A program made the translations under genes and the position numbers. The notes beneath the pieces are model-generated. The model did not search any database. It was not told where the DNA came from and worked only from the letters and a program-made list of their open reading frames with translations. From contig CAILAH010000038.1 of NCBI GenBank assembly GCA_903832205.1, positions 4,456-68,455 on the forward strand: 64,000 bases of DNA. The letters run 5' to 3'. The stretch's first letter is position 1, and each line of letters starts with the position of its first letter. Source of the DNA: an uncultured Candidatus Micrarchaeota archaeon. GTDB taxonomy: Archaea > Micrarchaeota > Micrarchaeia > CAILAH01. Of this stretch, positions 16,474-26,031 are shown piece by piece.

Positions 16474-18183
16474 TCAGTCCGTCTTGATGAAAATCATCTT
16501 TTCCTTATTGTCAAGTATGAAGTAGCCCATCCTTTCGAACTGCACCACTTCGCCCTTTACGATATTCTTTGCCGCTGATGCCTCGCACATTCCCTTTATC
16601 TCAACCAGGCTCTTGCCATTCTTCTCCTCGCCGTTGAACGGCCTGTCAAGGTACCAGAACGTGCAGGGGACTGCGGTATTCGCATCAACCCACTGCAGTT
16701 TCTTAGAGTCCCTGACCAGCTCCTGGCTGATGTAAACTTTGCACTCGGCGCCCTTTCCCTTATCGAGCTTTACTATGTTAATGTTCCTCAGGTCTTTCAG
16801 GCGCACCAGCTCGAGCTCGTGCAATTCATCCAGGTCCTCGCCGCTAATGTACAATTCATCTCCGAATGGAACCGGCCTGGAGTTCATCTCAAGCGTCGGG
16901 TGCATCCTTATTGCAATCACGCCGCTTCCAATCCCCTCTATCTTGAGCTTCTTCGGCTCCTTCACCGCATAATAGTGCTTGGCAACCGGCTCGTAATGCC
17001 TTCTCGTTTCCGCAAGCAGCTTCTTCAGGTCCGTGTTGACCTCCAATTTACTGAGCCCGAATGAGAGCACGTATTCCTCAATTGCCTGCCTAGGTATGCC
17101 TCTCCTCCTCAACCCTGCAAGCGTGACAAGCCTCGGGTCATCATAACCGGAGAAGAACCCGCTCTCCACATAGGGCTTTATGAGCCTCTTGCTCACAGGA
17201 TAGCCGTCTATTGCAAGGCGCGCGAACTCATGGTAGGAAGGCGCTTTCAGCCCCGCATATTTGAGTATTGTTTCCTGCAGCTCAGCGCGGAGCTCAAACT
17301 CCTTGGAGCGCATCACGTGCGTAACTCCAATGAGCGCATCGCTCACAGAAGTTTCCAAATCATAGGTCGGGTAAACTCGGTATTTCTTCCCGAACTTGTA
17401 ATGCTGCGCATCTAGTATCCTGAAAATCGCAGGGTCGCGCATGGTGGTGTTGAGCGATTTCATATCGCCCTTGAGCCGCACAATCGCCTCGCCCTCTTTC
17501 ATGGTGGTCTTCATCTTCTCCCAGAGCTCGGCATTCTTTTCATTTGGGTTTGAGCGGCAGGCGCATTCCTCGCCCTTCCCCCTCTTCTCCTTTGTCTCTT
17601 CCTGGGAGCAGGTGCACACGTAGGCGTTGCCCTCCCTGACCAGCTTGTCGCCAACTTCAATTATCTTATCAAACATGTCGGAGACGAAATAGACTGCATC
17701 GGGCTTTATCCCGAACCACGCGATATCACTTAGGATTGAATCAACGAACTCCTGCCTGCTCTTCTCCGCATTGGTGTCATCGAACTTAATGTAGAACTTT
17801 CCCTTGTATGTGTCACAAACCTTCTTGTTGATTAGCATTGCCTTTGTATGGCCGATGTGCAGGTATCCGTTGGGCTCTGGCGCAAATCTCGTAACGACCT
17901 GGCCCTCAACCGCGCCCTCAATCTTCCACTCCCTCTTCTCCTCCTTTTTCTCCTCGACCATGCCATAGCTGGCGTACTCTTTCTCAACCTGCTCCTTCTT
18001 CAGGAGGTTCACATCATCGCAGGTGCCCCTGATTTTTTCCAGCAGTGATTTCATATCGGCCTTTGCATCGGGCATCTCCGCAATGGCCTTTCCCACAATG
18101 GCCTTGATATCTGCCTTGCCGTAATCGTGTGCATTCTTTATGGTGATTTTTCTAATGAGCGCATCCAGTTCCATAGGCAACAC
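16474..18183 (-). CDS. gltX: Glutamate--tRNA ligase (archaeal type)
   Basis: TRFAPEPNGYLHIGH, FDDTN, YPTYD, GVTHVMRSKEF, DDPRLVTLAGLRRRG. Confidence 0.95.
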   Translation of the reverse strand: MLPMELDALIRKITIKNAHDYGKADIKAIVGKAIAEMPDAKADMKSLLEKIRGTCDDVNLLKKEQVEKEYASYGMVEEKKEEKREWKIEGAVEGQVVTRFAPEPNGYLHIGHTKAMLINKKVCDTYKGKFYIKFDDTNAEKSRQEFVDSILSDIAWFGIKPDAVYFVSDMFDKIIEVGDKLVREGNAYVCTCSQEETKEKRGKGEECACRSNPNEKNAELWEKMKTTMKEGEAIVRLKGDMKSLNTTMRDPAIFRILDAQHYKFGKKYRVYPTYDLETSVSDALIGVTHVMRSKEFELRAELQETILKYAGLKAPSYHEFARLAIDGYPVSKRLIKPYVESGFFSGYDDPRLVTLAGLRRRGIPRQAIEEYVLSFGLSKLEVNTDLKKLLAETRRHYEPVAKHYYAVKEPKKLKIEGIGSGVIAIRMHPTLEMNSRPVPFGDELYISGEDLDELHELELVRLKDLRNINIVKLDKGKGAECKVYISQELVRDSKKLQWVDANTAVPCTFWYLDRPFNGEEKNGKSLVEIKGMCEASAAKNIVKGEVVQFERMGYFILDNKEKMIFIKTD

Positions 18184-18219
18184 TTCTTCAATTCATCAGG
18201 CATTTCATTTTTCGTGCAT

Positions 18220-19587
18220 TTAATCCATGCAGAGCCCTTTCTCAGCCCCCTGGCCAATCCAGCCCCGCAATACATTCTCCAATTTCTCATTCTTCCTGAG
18301 CCTGTAGGCGACCTTTACAATAGGTGTTCTTATCTTCAGTAATTCACTTAAATCTGTGGGTGTGGCCGAGATTACCACTGACGGCTTTGCCTTCTCAATT
18401 AACCTGCCCAAATCGGCAATCTGCGACTGTGAATAGCCTACTGCGGGCACAACCTTCACAATATGCTTGTACTTCTCATAGAGCTCCTTGTATACTCCCA
18501 CAGCAAATTTCGCCCCATCCAGAATATTGCATTTCTCGCGTTTCGCAACCAGATATCCAATCCCATAGGGCATCTCGCCGTGCGTTACCGTTGGCCCGTC
18601 ATCAATCACCAGCACTCTCTTCTTGTCCGCTGCAGTGAGATGCCTGTCCATGAACGCATCCATTGATATTTTGATTACTTTCGCATGCGGGTTGCACTCC
18701 TTGGCATTTTTCTCAATAACCTTTGCGCCCTCCTTTGCATGCTCCCACTTGTTCAGCGCAATCACATTGGCCATCCTGAAATTCGTTTCTCCGGGGTGAT
18801 AACCCATCTCATGACCCGCGCGCATCGCATCGGCAACCGTAATCATCAAATCCGGCCTGAAGAACGGGAAATCATTATTTCCCCCGTCCCAAATCACCAC
18901 GTCCGCCTCGCTCTCAGCGCTGCGCAGGATTTTTTCATAATCAATCCCCGCATACACAACAAACCCGTTGCGTATGTGCCTTTCGTAATCCTCCCTCTCC
19001 TCAATGGTGCATTCCTGCCTGTCCAAATCGTGAAGTGATGTATATCTCTGCACCGCCTTCTTTTCCAAATCGCCGTAGGGCATCGGGTGCCTAACTATCG
19101 CAACCCGTTTCCCGTTCTTCCTGAGCCAGAGGCTCAAGTATTCGGTGAGCGGGCTCTTGCCTGCGCCCGTCCTTGTGGCGCACACGGCAACAACTTTCTT
19201 TGTGCTCTTTAGCATTGTTGCGTTTGGCCCCAATAGGAGAAATGATGCGCCCGCAGCCTGCGCCCTTGATGCAAGATGCATCACCGTGTTGTGGTTCAAG
19301 TCGGAATATGCAAGACACACATAGTCAACCTTCTTCTCTGAAACAATCTTCTCAAGGTCCTTCTCGTGGAATATGGGCACGCCGTGCGGGTAGAAACTGC
19401 CGGAGAGCTTGGGCGGATATGCCTTCAGCTCAACTGGGAGCTGCTCTGCAAACGTGAAACCCACAACATCATATTCGGGGTTGTCCCTGAAGACCGTATT
19501 GAAATTGTGAAAATCCCTTCCAGCTGCGCCCAGGATGAGCACGCGCTTTCTTTTCAGCAATGAGCCGAGAATTGGCAAATGTGTCAT
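18220..19587 (-). CDS. P-loop enzyme of the cyclic-2,3-diphosphoglycerate synthetase-like / arginine synthetase (ArcE)-like family
   Basis: ILGAAGRDFHNFN, ATRTGAGKS, VRHPMPYGDL, TIEEREDYE, WDGGNND, DGPTVTHG; start taken at MTHLP. Confidence 0.8.
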   Translation of the reverse strand: MTHLPILGSLLKRKRVLILGAAGRDFHNFNTVFRDNPEYDVVGFTFAEQLPVELKAYPPKLSGSFYPHGVPIFHEKDLEKIVSEKKVDYVCLAYSDLNHNTVMHLASRAQAAGASFLLLGPNATMLKSTKKVVAVCATRTGAGKSPLTEYLSLWLRKNGKRVAIVRHPMPYGDLEKKAVQRYTSLHDLDRQECTIEEREDYERHIRNGFVVYAGIDYEKILRSAESEADVVIWDGGNNDFPFFRPDLMITVADAMRAGHEMGYHPGETNFRMANVIALNKWEHAKEGAKVIEKNAKECNPHAKVIKISMDAFMDRHLTAADKKRVLVIDDGPTVTHGEMPYGIGYLVAKREKCNILDGAKFAVGVYKELYEKYKHIVKVVPAVGYSQSQIADLGRLIEKAKPSVVISATPTDLSELLKIRTPIVKVAYRLRKNEKLENVLRGWIGQGAEKGLCMD

Positions 19588-19617
19588 GCTTTTTAATTTT
19601 CCCTGAAAGTTAATAAT

Positions 19618-20874
19618 ATGTATGATTTGACCCGTCCGCTCCAGGATAACTTTTACATGTCTGAAGGCATCATCAGATACTCGCTCATTAAAAGCCATGC
19701 GGTCCCATCTATCTCGCCGTCCGTGCACTATGCGAGCGCAATATTCGAAGGCCTGAGCATAATCGCACTGCGCAAAGGCTCAAAGCTTAAGCTCGGCCTG
19801 TTCCATCCAAACCTGAATTTTGAGAGGATGCGCCACAACCTGCTGGCGCTCGGCTACAACTGGGAATTGTACAGCGATGAGCAGATTATTGAGAGCATAT
19901 TCACAATCTGCGCATTGAACGGCTGGAACAACGTCATTGAATTGGAAGGCGCGAACACGGTGATACAAAGCGATAACGGCGAGTACCAGAGGATTTATGT
20001 CCGCCCGCTCATCTACTCAAATTACAACGGCATTGGAATAACCGAGCCAAGGGATACGGAGCTCATGCTCAACCTTGCGCCAATGGGCGAGTACATCTCA
20101 TCATCTGACCCTGCTGGCGTCACTGCCCTGCTCTACCCGCACCCGCGCAATCTCGCATTCCCGCAAATCAAGGTTTCAAGCAATTACCAACTTTCAATCC
20201 ATGCGAAGACCATGCTCGCAGCCTACAACGGTGTCAATGACCTGAAGTGCCAAGAGGCAATGTTCCAAAACAGCGGGGGAAACCTCACCGAAGGCACGGG
20301 CGAAAACATGGTGATGATAAAGGATAATGAGCTTATCGCGCCGCCGCCAAGCGAAGGCGCACTGCCGGGCATAACCTACCGCATCGCATTCATGATTGCG
20401 CAGGAGCTTGGGCTCAAGACGCGTTTCGGCACGTTCAAGTACGGCGACATTGAATCCGCGGAATCGCTCTTCTTCACTGGAAATGCGGCAGGCATAGTGC
20501 CCATAAAGCGCGTCGTGCGCGTCGATGGGAAATATTCAGTTATTGATTACAAGGATTCAAAAGAGGGTGGCAGGAACAGCATAATGGCCAGGATTAAGTC
20601 GGAATACAACCGCATCCTCACGGGCGACACCGCCTATGGCAACTTTTTCACCTATATGGACGACTGGATTGATGACAGCAAGCTTACCGAGCTGAACAAT
20701 TTGGGCGCGGATTTCAAGAGATTGCTCACCGATGAGAACCGCAGGTATGACGGGACCAACAGCACCGTGCTCTCATTCATGGAAATCACGCCCGCAGTTT
20801 CCGTTTCCCGAAAATACTACGATGACAAGAAATGGATCCTCGAGAAGCTCGGCATTAAGGACTACTTGAAATAA
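19618..20874 (+). CDS. Class IV PLP-dependent aminotransferase (IlvE-like)
   Basis: VHYASAIFEG, IKVSSNY, TEGTGEN, LPGIT, FFTGNAAGIVPI. Confidence 0.88.
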   Translation: MYDLTRPLQDNFYMSEGIIRYSLIKSHAVPSISPSVHYASAIFEGLSIIALRKGSKLKLGLFHPNLNFERMRHNLLALGYNWELYSDEQIIESIFTICALNGWNNVIELEGANTVIQSDNGEYQRIYVRPLIYSNYNGIGITEPRDTELMLNLAPMGEYISSSDPAGVTALLYPHPRNLAFPQIKVSSNYQLSIHAKTMLAAYNGVNDLKCQEAMFQNSGGNLTEGTGENMVMIKDNELIAPPPSEGALPGITYRIAFMIAQELGLKTRFGTFKYGDIESAESLFFTGNAAGIVPIKRVVRVDGKYSVIDYKDSKEGGRNSIMARIKSEYNRILTGDTAYGNFFTYMDDWIDDSKLTELNNLGADFKRLLTDENRRYDGTNSTVLSFMEITPAVSVSRKYYDDKKWILEKLGIKDYLK

Positions 20875-20929
20875 AAAAGGAGTGCGGCTCAACATCACTT
20901 TCGTGATGTCGCCTCATTTTCAAAAAAAA

Positions 20930-21049
20930 TGCGGCTGCCGAGATTTGAACTCGGGTCTCAGGCTTGCCTCGATTTCTTAGTGCAGGTTCCTTGCTGCGCA
21001 AAGAAAGTGCTTGGAAGGCCAGTGTCCTACCAGGCTAGACTACAGCCGC
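20930..21049 (-). tRNA. tRNA-Gly(TCC) with 47-nt intron at 37/38 (20965-21011)
   Basis: Acceptor GCGGCTG/CAGCCGC-A; CTTCCA|A loop; CCGAG-TTCAAAT-CTCGG T arm; CTTC/GAGG central helix; one mismatch in the anticodon stem. Confidence 0.88.
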
Positions 21050-21090
21050 CTGTGATTTGTTTAATCTATAAAGTATTAAAAAATAGAATT

Positions 21091-21144
21091 AGGGGGTTAG
21101 GTGTAGACCACACGAGGGAAGGGGGTCTCCCCCTTCCATCAGTG
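21091..21144. repeat. tRNA-flanking hairpin cassette, copy 1 (AGGGGGT(T)AGGTGTAGACCACACGAGGGA-hairpin-ATCAGTG)
   Basis: Near-identical copy at 47342-47395. Confidence 0.85.
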
Positions 21145-21146
21145 AA

Positions 21147-21285
21147 TGGGGCTGCCCAGATTTGAACTGGGGTCTCGAAGTTTTTCATACCAACCCTCTC
21201 GAGAGGGGATTGGGTCTTATGGGAAGGGGACACTTCCCCTACCCATACCCGAACCTCGAAGCATACCAGGCTAGCCCACAGCCCC
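21147..21285 (-). tRNA. tRNA-Pro(CGG) with 66-nt intron at 37/38 (21182-21247)
   Basis: Acceptor GGGGCTG/CAGCCCC-A; CGAGG-TTCGGG|A-CTTCG; CCCAG-TTCAAAT-CTGGG; TTCG/TGAA helix. Confidence 0.9.
21205..21247. repeat. 43-nt intron-head module shared by tRNA-Pro and tRNA-Val introns, copy 1
   Basis: 41/43 identical to 31002-31044. Confidence 0.9.
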
Positions 21286-22626
21286 ATATTTCTCCACGTC
21301 TTTGAAGATATCTTTACTTTTAGAAATCATAGTTTTTAAATAGTTTGACCGCCTGGCAATCTCATCATAAATCCTGCTCTCGCCCCAGCCGTTGGCGAAC
21401 GCAATCTCCTCGATGACGCGGGACTTGGCGGGCGTGCGAACGACCGTGTCCTTCTTGGGGTCATACTGGTAGATGTGCCTTATCATAATGGCGCCCTTGT
21501 TCTCAACGAGCTCGCACACCTCAAACACCTTTCTCGTCTCCTGCACCTTGCCGCCGCTGATGAATTTCAGGAATCTCCTCTGCACAATCACCAAATCAAT
21601 GGCGTTAATGTCCGAGGGCATCACGTCATTGTAGCGCAGGCGGGAGACGAGCTCCTTGGCGCTGTGCGCGTGCATGGTCGCGTAGCAGCCGCGCGCCTGT
21701 CCCGCGTTCATGCTCTCTATCATCGCGAGTATCTCCTCCTTTGAGCGCACCTCGCCGATAATCACGCGGTCAGGCCGCATGCGCAGGCTGTCCTCAATCA
21801 AATCCTTCATTTCAATCCCCAGGGGCGGATTGGTCTTCATCTTCACCTGGTGCCTGTGCGGGATAACGATCTCAGGTGTCTCCTCAAGCATTATTACGCG
21901 CTCGCTTGACGGCACAAAAGAAAATAGCGCATTGAGCGTGGTGGTTTTTCCCGCCGCGGTATTGCCGCAGATGATAACGTTCTTGTCATTCTGGAAAACC
22001 GTCCAGAGGAAAGCGAGCAATTCGTAATTATATCCCGTCTTGATGAGCTCGCGCAACGTGAGCGGTGATTTCTTGAATTTTCTTATTGTGAGCTCAAGGT
22101 CAGAAACAGGCTCAATGGTGGCGTGAAGCCGGGAGCCGTCAGGCAGCACCGCATTAAGGCGCGGATTCTGCAAAGTGATGCGCCTCCCAATCGTCCTTGA
22201 CATCTTGTTGATGACATCTATGAGCGCATTCCTGTCGGTGAACATCACGTTCGTGTCCAGCCATCCCTTCTCCCGATGAAAAACGAATATGGGATTGTCA
22301 AGGCCGATGACTGCAATCTCCTCCAGCATGTCATCCTCCAGCAAATAGGTGATGGGCCCGAATGCATAGGTCGCAAGATAGGCGGCATCAGCGAGGTAGC
22401 GCACCTGGTCATCATCGGCCTTTATGCCGTTCTTCCTGAGATTCTGCACCAAAAGCTTGTTGACAACCTGCATGGCGATGGTGCCGTTCTCAATCACTTC
22501 GTCCTTGACGGTATCGCTGAACTCCTTGCACACATCCTCTATTACCTGGAGCTCGTCAGGGCTAAGCTTCTGCACGCGCACCTTGTATTGGCCGCCGTCA
22601 AGGACTCTCCATCCCACCCAGCCCAT
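21271..22626 (-). CDS. Type II/IV secretion (VirB11/CpaF/TadA-like) ATPase
   Basis: LPDGSRL, TIRKF, GNTAAGKTT, LEETPEI, LRMRPDRVIIGEVR, TMHA. Confidence 0.93.
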   Translation of the reverse strand: MGWVGWRVLDGGQYKVRVQKLSPDELQVIEDVCKEFSDTVKDEVIENGTIAMQVVNKLLVQNLRKNGIKADDDQVRYLADAAYLATYAFGPITYLLEDDMLEEIAVIGLDNPIFVFHREKGWLDTNVMFTDRNALIDVINKMSRTIGRRITLQNPRLNAVLPDGSRLHATIEPVSDLELTIRKFKKSPLTLRELIKTGYNYELLAFLWTVFQNDKNVIICGNTAAGKTTTLNALFSFVPSSERVIMLEETPEIVIPHRHQVKMKTNPPLGIEMKDLIEDSLRMRPDRVIIGEVRSKEEILAMIESMNAGQARGCYATMHAHSAKELVSRLRYNDVMPSDINAIDLVIVQRRFLKFISGGKVQETRKVFEVCELVENKGAIMIRHIYQYDPKKDTVVRTPAKSRVIEEIAFANGWGESRIYDEIARRSNYLKTMISKSKDIFKDVEKYGAVG

Positions 22627-22701
22627 AGAACAACCTCATCCAACAATCCAGCTTTACTTTGCAGGCAACACATCTTTCCTGCTTTGCCGGCCACACAATT
22701 T

Positions 22702-23454
22702 TTACTTCCCGAACCTTCTTTGCCTGTTTGCGTAATCCGAAAGTATGGCCTCGAAATCCTCCTTTGTGAAATCGGGCCAGTACTTGTCCACGAAAAACAA
22801 TTCGCTGTAAGCGCTCTGTATCGGCAATAGTCCCGAGAGCCGGTACTCGCCTGACGTGCGTATAATCAAATCGGGCGGAGAAATCTCGCCCGTCCAGAGG
22901 CGCTTCATTATTTCTTCCTCATTAACCTCTGAAATCTTGCCGCTCTTGTAATCCTCAGCAATTTTGCGCATGCAGTCAACAAGCTCAAGCTTGCCCCCGT
23001 AATTCAAAAGGAAATTGACGTTGTACTCCTCGTTCTCTGCGGACTGCTGTTCCGCCCTGTGAATATAATCCTGCAGCTGCTTTGGCAGGCCGTCAATCAT
23101 TCCGTAGAATTTTACGCGCACTTTGGGATACTTGCTCTCATTTCCCGCGCTCTTTTCCTTATTTGCCCTCTGCAGTATGTCAATCAGTTTCGTTTCAAAC
23201 AGGCGCATGAGCCCGCGCACCTCATCCTCGGTCCTGCCCCTATTCTCCGTGGAAAATCCCCAGAACGTTGCGTTATGAATGCCCTTTTCCTTGCACCACT
23301 TTAGCACTTCCCCTATGAGCTCAATGCCTGCCTCGTGGCCTTTCAGCACGTCCAGGCTATTCTGCTTTGCCCACCTGCGGTTGCCGTCGGGAATGAACGC
23401 CACGTGATTGGGAACCCGAACCTCGCTGGGGGACGATTTATTCTCAGAAGCCAT
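22702..23454 (-). CDS. uppS: cis-prenyltransferase (polyprenyl diphosphate synthase)
   Basis: PNHVAFIPDGNRRWA, FSTEN, NYGG, PDLIIRTSGEYRLSG. Confidence 0.95.
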   Translation of the reverse strand: MASENKSSPSEVRVPNHVAFIPDGNRRWAKQNSLDVLKGHEAGIELIGEVLKWCKEKGIHNATFWGFSTENRGRTEDEVRGLMRLFETKLIDILQRANKEKSAGNESKYPKVRVKFYGMIDGLPKQLQDYIHRAEQQSAENEEYNVNFLLNYGGKLELVDCMRKIAEDYKSGKISEVNEEEIMKRLWTGEISPPDLIIRTSGEYRLSGLLPIQSAYSELFFVDKYWPDFTKEDFEAILSDYANRQRRFGK

Positions 23455-23471
23455 GATTGCACCCGATTTCG

Positions 23472-24515
23472 CTAGGGGACGATTGTGCTGATGTAATCCA
23501 TATCACCTTTCTTCTCGATGTATCCGGGGAGGCCTGCCATCCTGCCCGCCCTGATGAACATCCCGATTGCCAAATCGTTCGAGATGTTATACAGGTATCT
23601 TACGCGCGCGTGTTTTTTTAATTCATTGAAATATTTGGCCATGCGCCAATCATACTCATGAACCTTTTGGTTGGCGATGCACTCCGCGGCAATATTGGCA
23701 GAGATGGTGGAGAAATACACTCCGCCGCCGCTTGTGGCTTTTGAATAGCCGCCCGCACCTCCAATTAGTATTACGTTATCCTTTGCGTTCTTGGCGCGGG
23801 GGCCGAGGGGTATGGGGCCGCCGAACCTTCTCAGCGTCCTCTGCACGTTGATTCCCGCGAGCGCAAGGAATTTTTTCATCCGCCCGTTAACCATCTGCCC
23901 GCTCGATATGCCGAACCCGCAAATTCCCTTGCCGTCCTCCAGAGGGACCACCCAGCCGAAGAATCCCGGGAACATCTTCTGCGACAGATAGACGGAGACC
24001 ATATTATCATTGACTATATCCTTGGACTCGATAATCTCCTGGTACCCCATGGCATAGGACTTGATGGGCGCAAACCCCTCAATCCTGGCGACCGTGGAGT
24101 TGGCGCCGTCCGCGCCTATCACCGTTTTTGCCAGATAGTCGCTTTTTGAGGCAATCTTGGATGCGAGCCGTATCTCGGCACCCGCTTTCTCAGCCATGCC
24201 CACATATATATTATCAAGAAGCGCCCTGTCAACGATGTATGCCTGCACATCTTTCTTTCTGATGGTAAATTCCTCACCGTGGGGGCCAAAAACGTGCGAC
24301 CCGTATGCCTTGTTCAGGATAGACCTTTTGTAGGGGAATCCGCTCTCCTCAAGCCCCTTTACCGAGATGATGCCCGTGCAGTGCTGGGGGAGGCCGATTT
24401 GGGGGTCCTCTTCGGTTATTACGACGTCAAGACCCCTCTTTGCAAGCTGATGCCCAGCCACTCCGCCGCTCACTCCAGCTCCGACGATGTGGACATCAGC
24501 TTTCATTCGTATCAC
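23472..24515 (-). CDS. Geranylgeranyl reductase-family FAD oxidoreductase
   Basis: IVGAGVSG, PQHCTG, IGADGANS, PGFFGWVVP, SGGGVY. Confidence 0.85.
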   Translation of the reverse strand: MIRMKADVHIVGAGVSGGVAGHQLAKRGLDVVITEEDPQIGLPQHCTGIISVKGLEESGFPYKRSILNKAYGSHVFGPHGEEFTIRKKDVQAYIVDRALLDNIYVGMAEKAGAEIRLASKIASKSDYLAKTVIGADGANSTVARIEGFAPIKSYAMGYQEIIESKDIVNDNMVSVYLSQKMFPGFFGWVVPLEDGKGICGFGISSGQMVNGRMKKFLALAGINVQRTLRRFGGPIPLGPRAKNAKDNVILIGGAGGYSKATSGGGVYFSTISANIAAECIANQKVHEYDWRMAKYFNELKKHARVRYLYNISNDLAIGMFIRAGRMAGLPGYIEKKGDMDYISTIVP

Positions 24516-24564
24516 TTTGCAATAATTTTACTAATATCAAACCGCGACCATAGTATAGCACACG

Positions 24565-25512
24565 CTACTTTTGCTTGACAGGAAGCCCCAATAGCATATC
24601 ACAGCCGGCAGGCTGCGCTATCTGTCCCGAGCCGACAAGCTTTACGTATCCCAGGAACGGGAGAGTGAACCAGGACTTGCCGAGCACCTGCGATGAGTTT
24701 GCCAGTGAATTGGTGCGTGTAAGGGACGTATCATACGCCTGCACGTCAAACATCGGGTTATTGTCGCCCTTTATCATATAGTACGTCTCGTTATCGACGC
24801 TAATCCTAACTACCGCCCTGTGGATGATGTCGCCAATTGCTGCGAACAGGTCATCCCTCTTGGGCCTGTAAACCACAATATCGCTGGAGCGATTGGTTGC
24901 ATCAATGTACTTGCCCCCAATCGTAACACCTTCAGTGCAAATCGCCTGGCCATCCTGGCCTGCAAGCTTCACATCGCACACTGAACACTTGTACTGGAGC
25001 ACCTGCCCCAGCGCCTCCTGTCCGGTCTTGGGGTCGATTGAGCAGGGCCTCACAAACAGGTTCTCATCAAGGCACTTGCCGCAGATGTAATGCTCCTCGC
25101 CGTTCGCGATGAGCGTGCTGAACTGCTCTTTTGTAAGTGTAACCTCTTGCGTGGAAACTGGCGCGTTCTGCAAAAAGACCACATCGCCCCTCTGCAGCGT
25201 GTTGAGCATGCTGCAGGAGACCACCGCATTGAACGGCGATGATGTCCCGAAAATGATTGATGCCGCAAACAAAACAGCGAGCGCAACTGCAATGGCAACC
25301 ACAATCTCCTTGAGCTCGTGCTTCAGCCCTTTTTCCTTGGCGCTCTGTATGCTTTCCGCAACCACTCCCACCATGAACAGGAGCGCAGCAGAGACCGCGA
25401 GCATATCAATCCTGGTGAGTATGAAAACCACCGCAAGCGCAACCGCGGCGATGTAGAGCCACTTGCCCTTGTTTATCTTCGTGAGAAGTTCCATGTCTTT
25501 TTCATTCGCCAT
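24565..25512 (-). CDS. Archaeal signal peptidase I (Sec11-type) with Cys-rich insertion
   Basis: VVSCSM..TLQRGD, DIIHRAV, IKGDNN, LPFLGY; 3 N-terminal TMs. Confidence 0.85.
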   Translation of the reverse strand: MANEKDMELLTKINKGKWLYIAAVALAVVFILTRIDMLAVSAALLFMVGVVAESIQSAKEKGLKHELKEIVVAIAVALAVLFAASIIFGTSSPFNAVVSCSMLNTLQRGDVVFLQNAPVSTQEVTLTKEQFSTLIANGEEHYICGKCLDENLFVRPCSIDPKTGQEALGQVLQYKCSVCDVKLAGQDGQAICTEGVTIGGKYIDATNRSSDIVVYRPKRDDLFAAIGDIIHRAVVRISVDNETYYMIKGDNNPMFDVQAYDTSLTRTNSLANSSQVLGKSWFTLPFLGYVKLVGSGQIAQPAGCDMLLGLPVKQK

Positions 25513-25764
25513 TGGTGCACCCTTGGCGCAGGCGCCACATTTCCTGAGGCATCCTGCAATAATATCTGCGGCGCGAACTGGCCCATATCCGAATTCACGG
25601 ACCTGCCCGGCCGCATCGCTGTAGATTAAGCCCGTGTAAGAAATATAATACCTGCCCGCCCTGTGGATTTCCCTCAGCAGCGCATCCCAGCCGCAACTGG
25701 GGGAGCAGATTTGTCCCCGCGAACGGACGGGGCGCCATCAATCCAATAATCCGGACTCATTTCT

Positions 25765-26031
25765 TCATTTGGAGAACGCGTCCTTCATGCCCTCGAATGT
25801 CTCAACTGCCTCCTTGGCAGCCTGCTTGAGCAATTTTCTCGCGTCCCCTTTCTTCGTCTTAAGAACCAGCTTCGGCGGGTCCCTGTTCGGGTGGCCCACA
25901 ACATAGGTGACGAATTCCACGTCCTTATTCTCAATGAGTATGTCCTTTAGCACTGAGGGTATGCTGTACTCCTCGCCAATGAACTGCACTTCTATATGAT
26001 TTTTCTCGTCAACAGTGAAATTCAGCTTCAT
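25765..26031 (-). CDS. rpoL: RNA polymerase subunit L (Rpo11)
   Basis: GEEYSIPSVLKDIL...VEFVTYVVGHP; follows csl4; GGTGA RBS. Confidence 0.9.
   Translation of the reverse strand: MKLNFTVDEKNHIEVQFIGEEYSIPSVLKDILIENKDVEFVTYVVGHPNRDPPKLVLKTKKGDARKLLKQAAKEAVETFEGMKDAFSK

Noticed and set aside
20929-21287. Short ORFs over tRNA loci (also 30585..31273 and 46960..47406), two sharing SHKTQSPL
   Set aside because: They arise from tRNA and intron-module sequence; the shared peptide reflects the nucleotide repeat.
25560-25740. Possible 5S rRNA or RNase P RNA (CCCATATCCGAA..TTAAGCCC on plus; GAGGGAAATCC on minus)
   Set aside because: Only fragments resemble the consensus; terminal helices and the second P4 strand could not be built. 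An Rfam cmscan would settle it.
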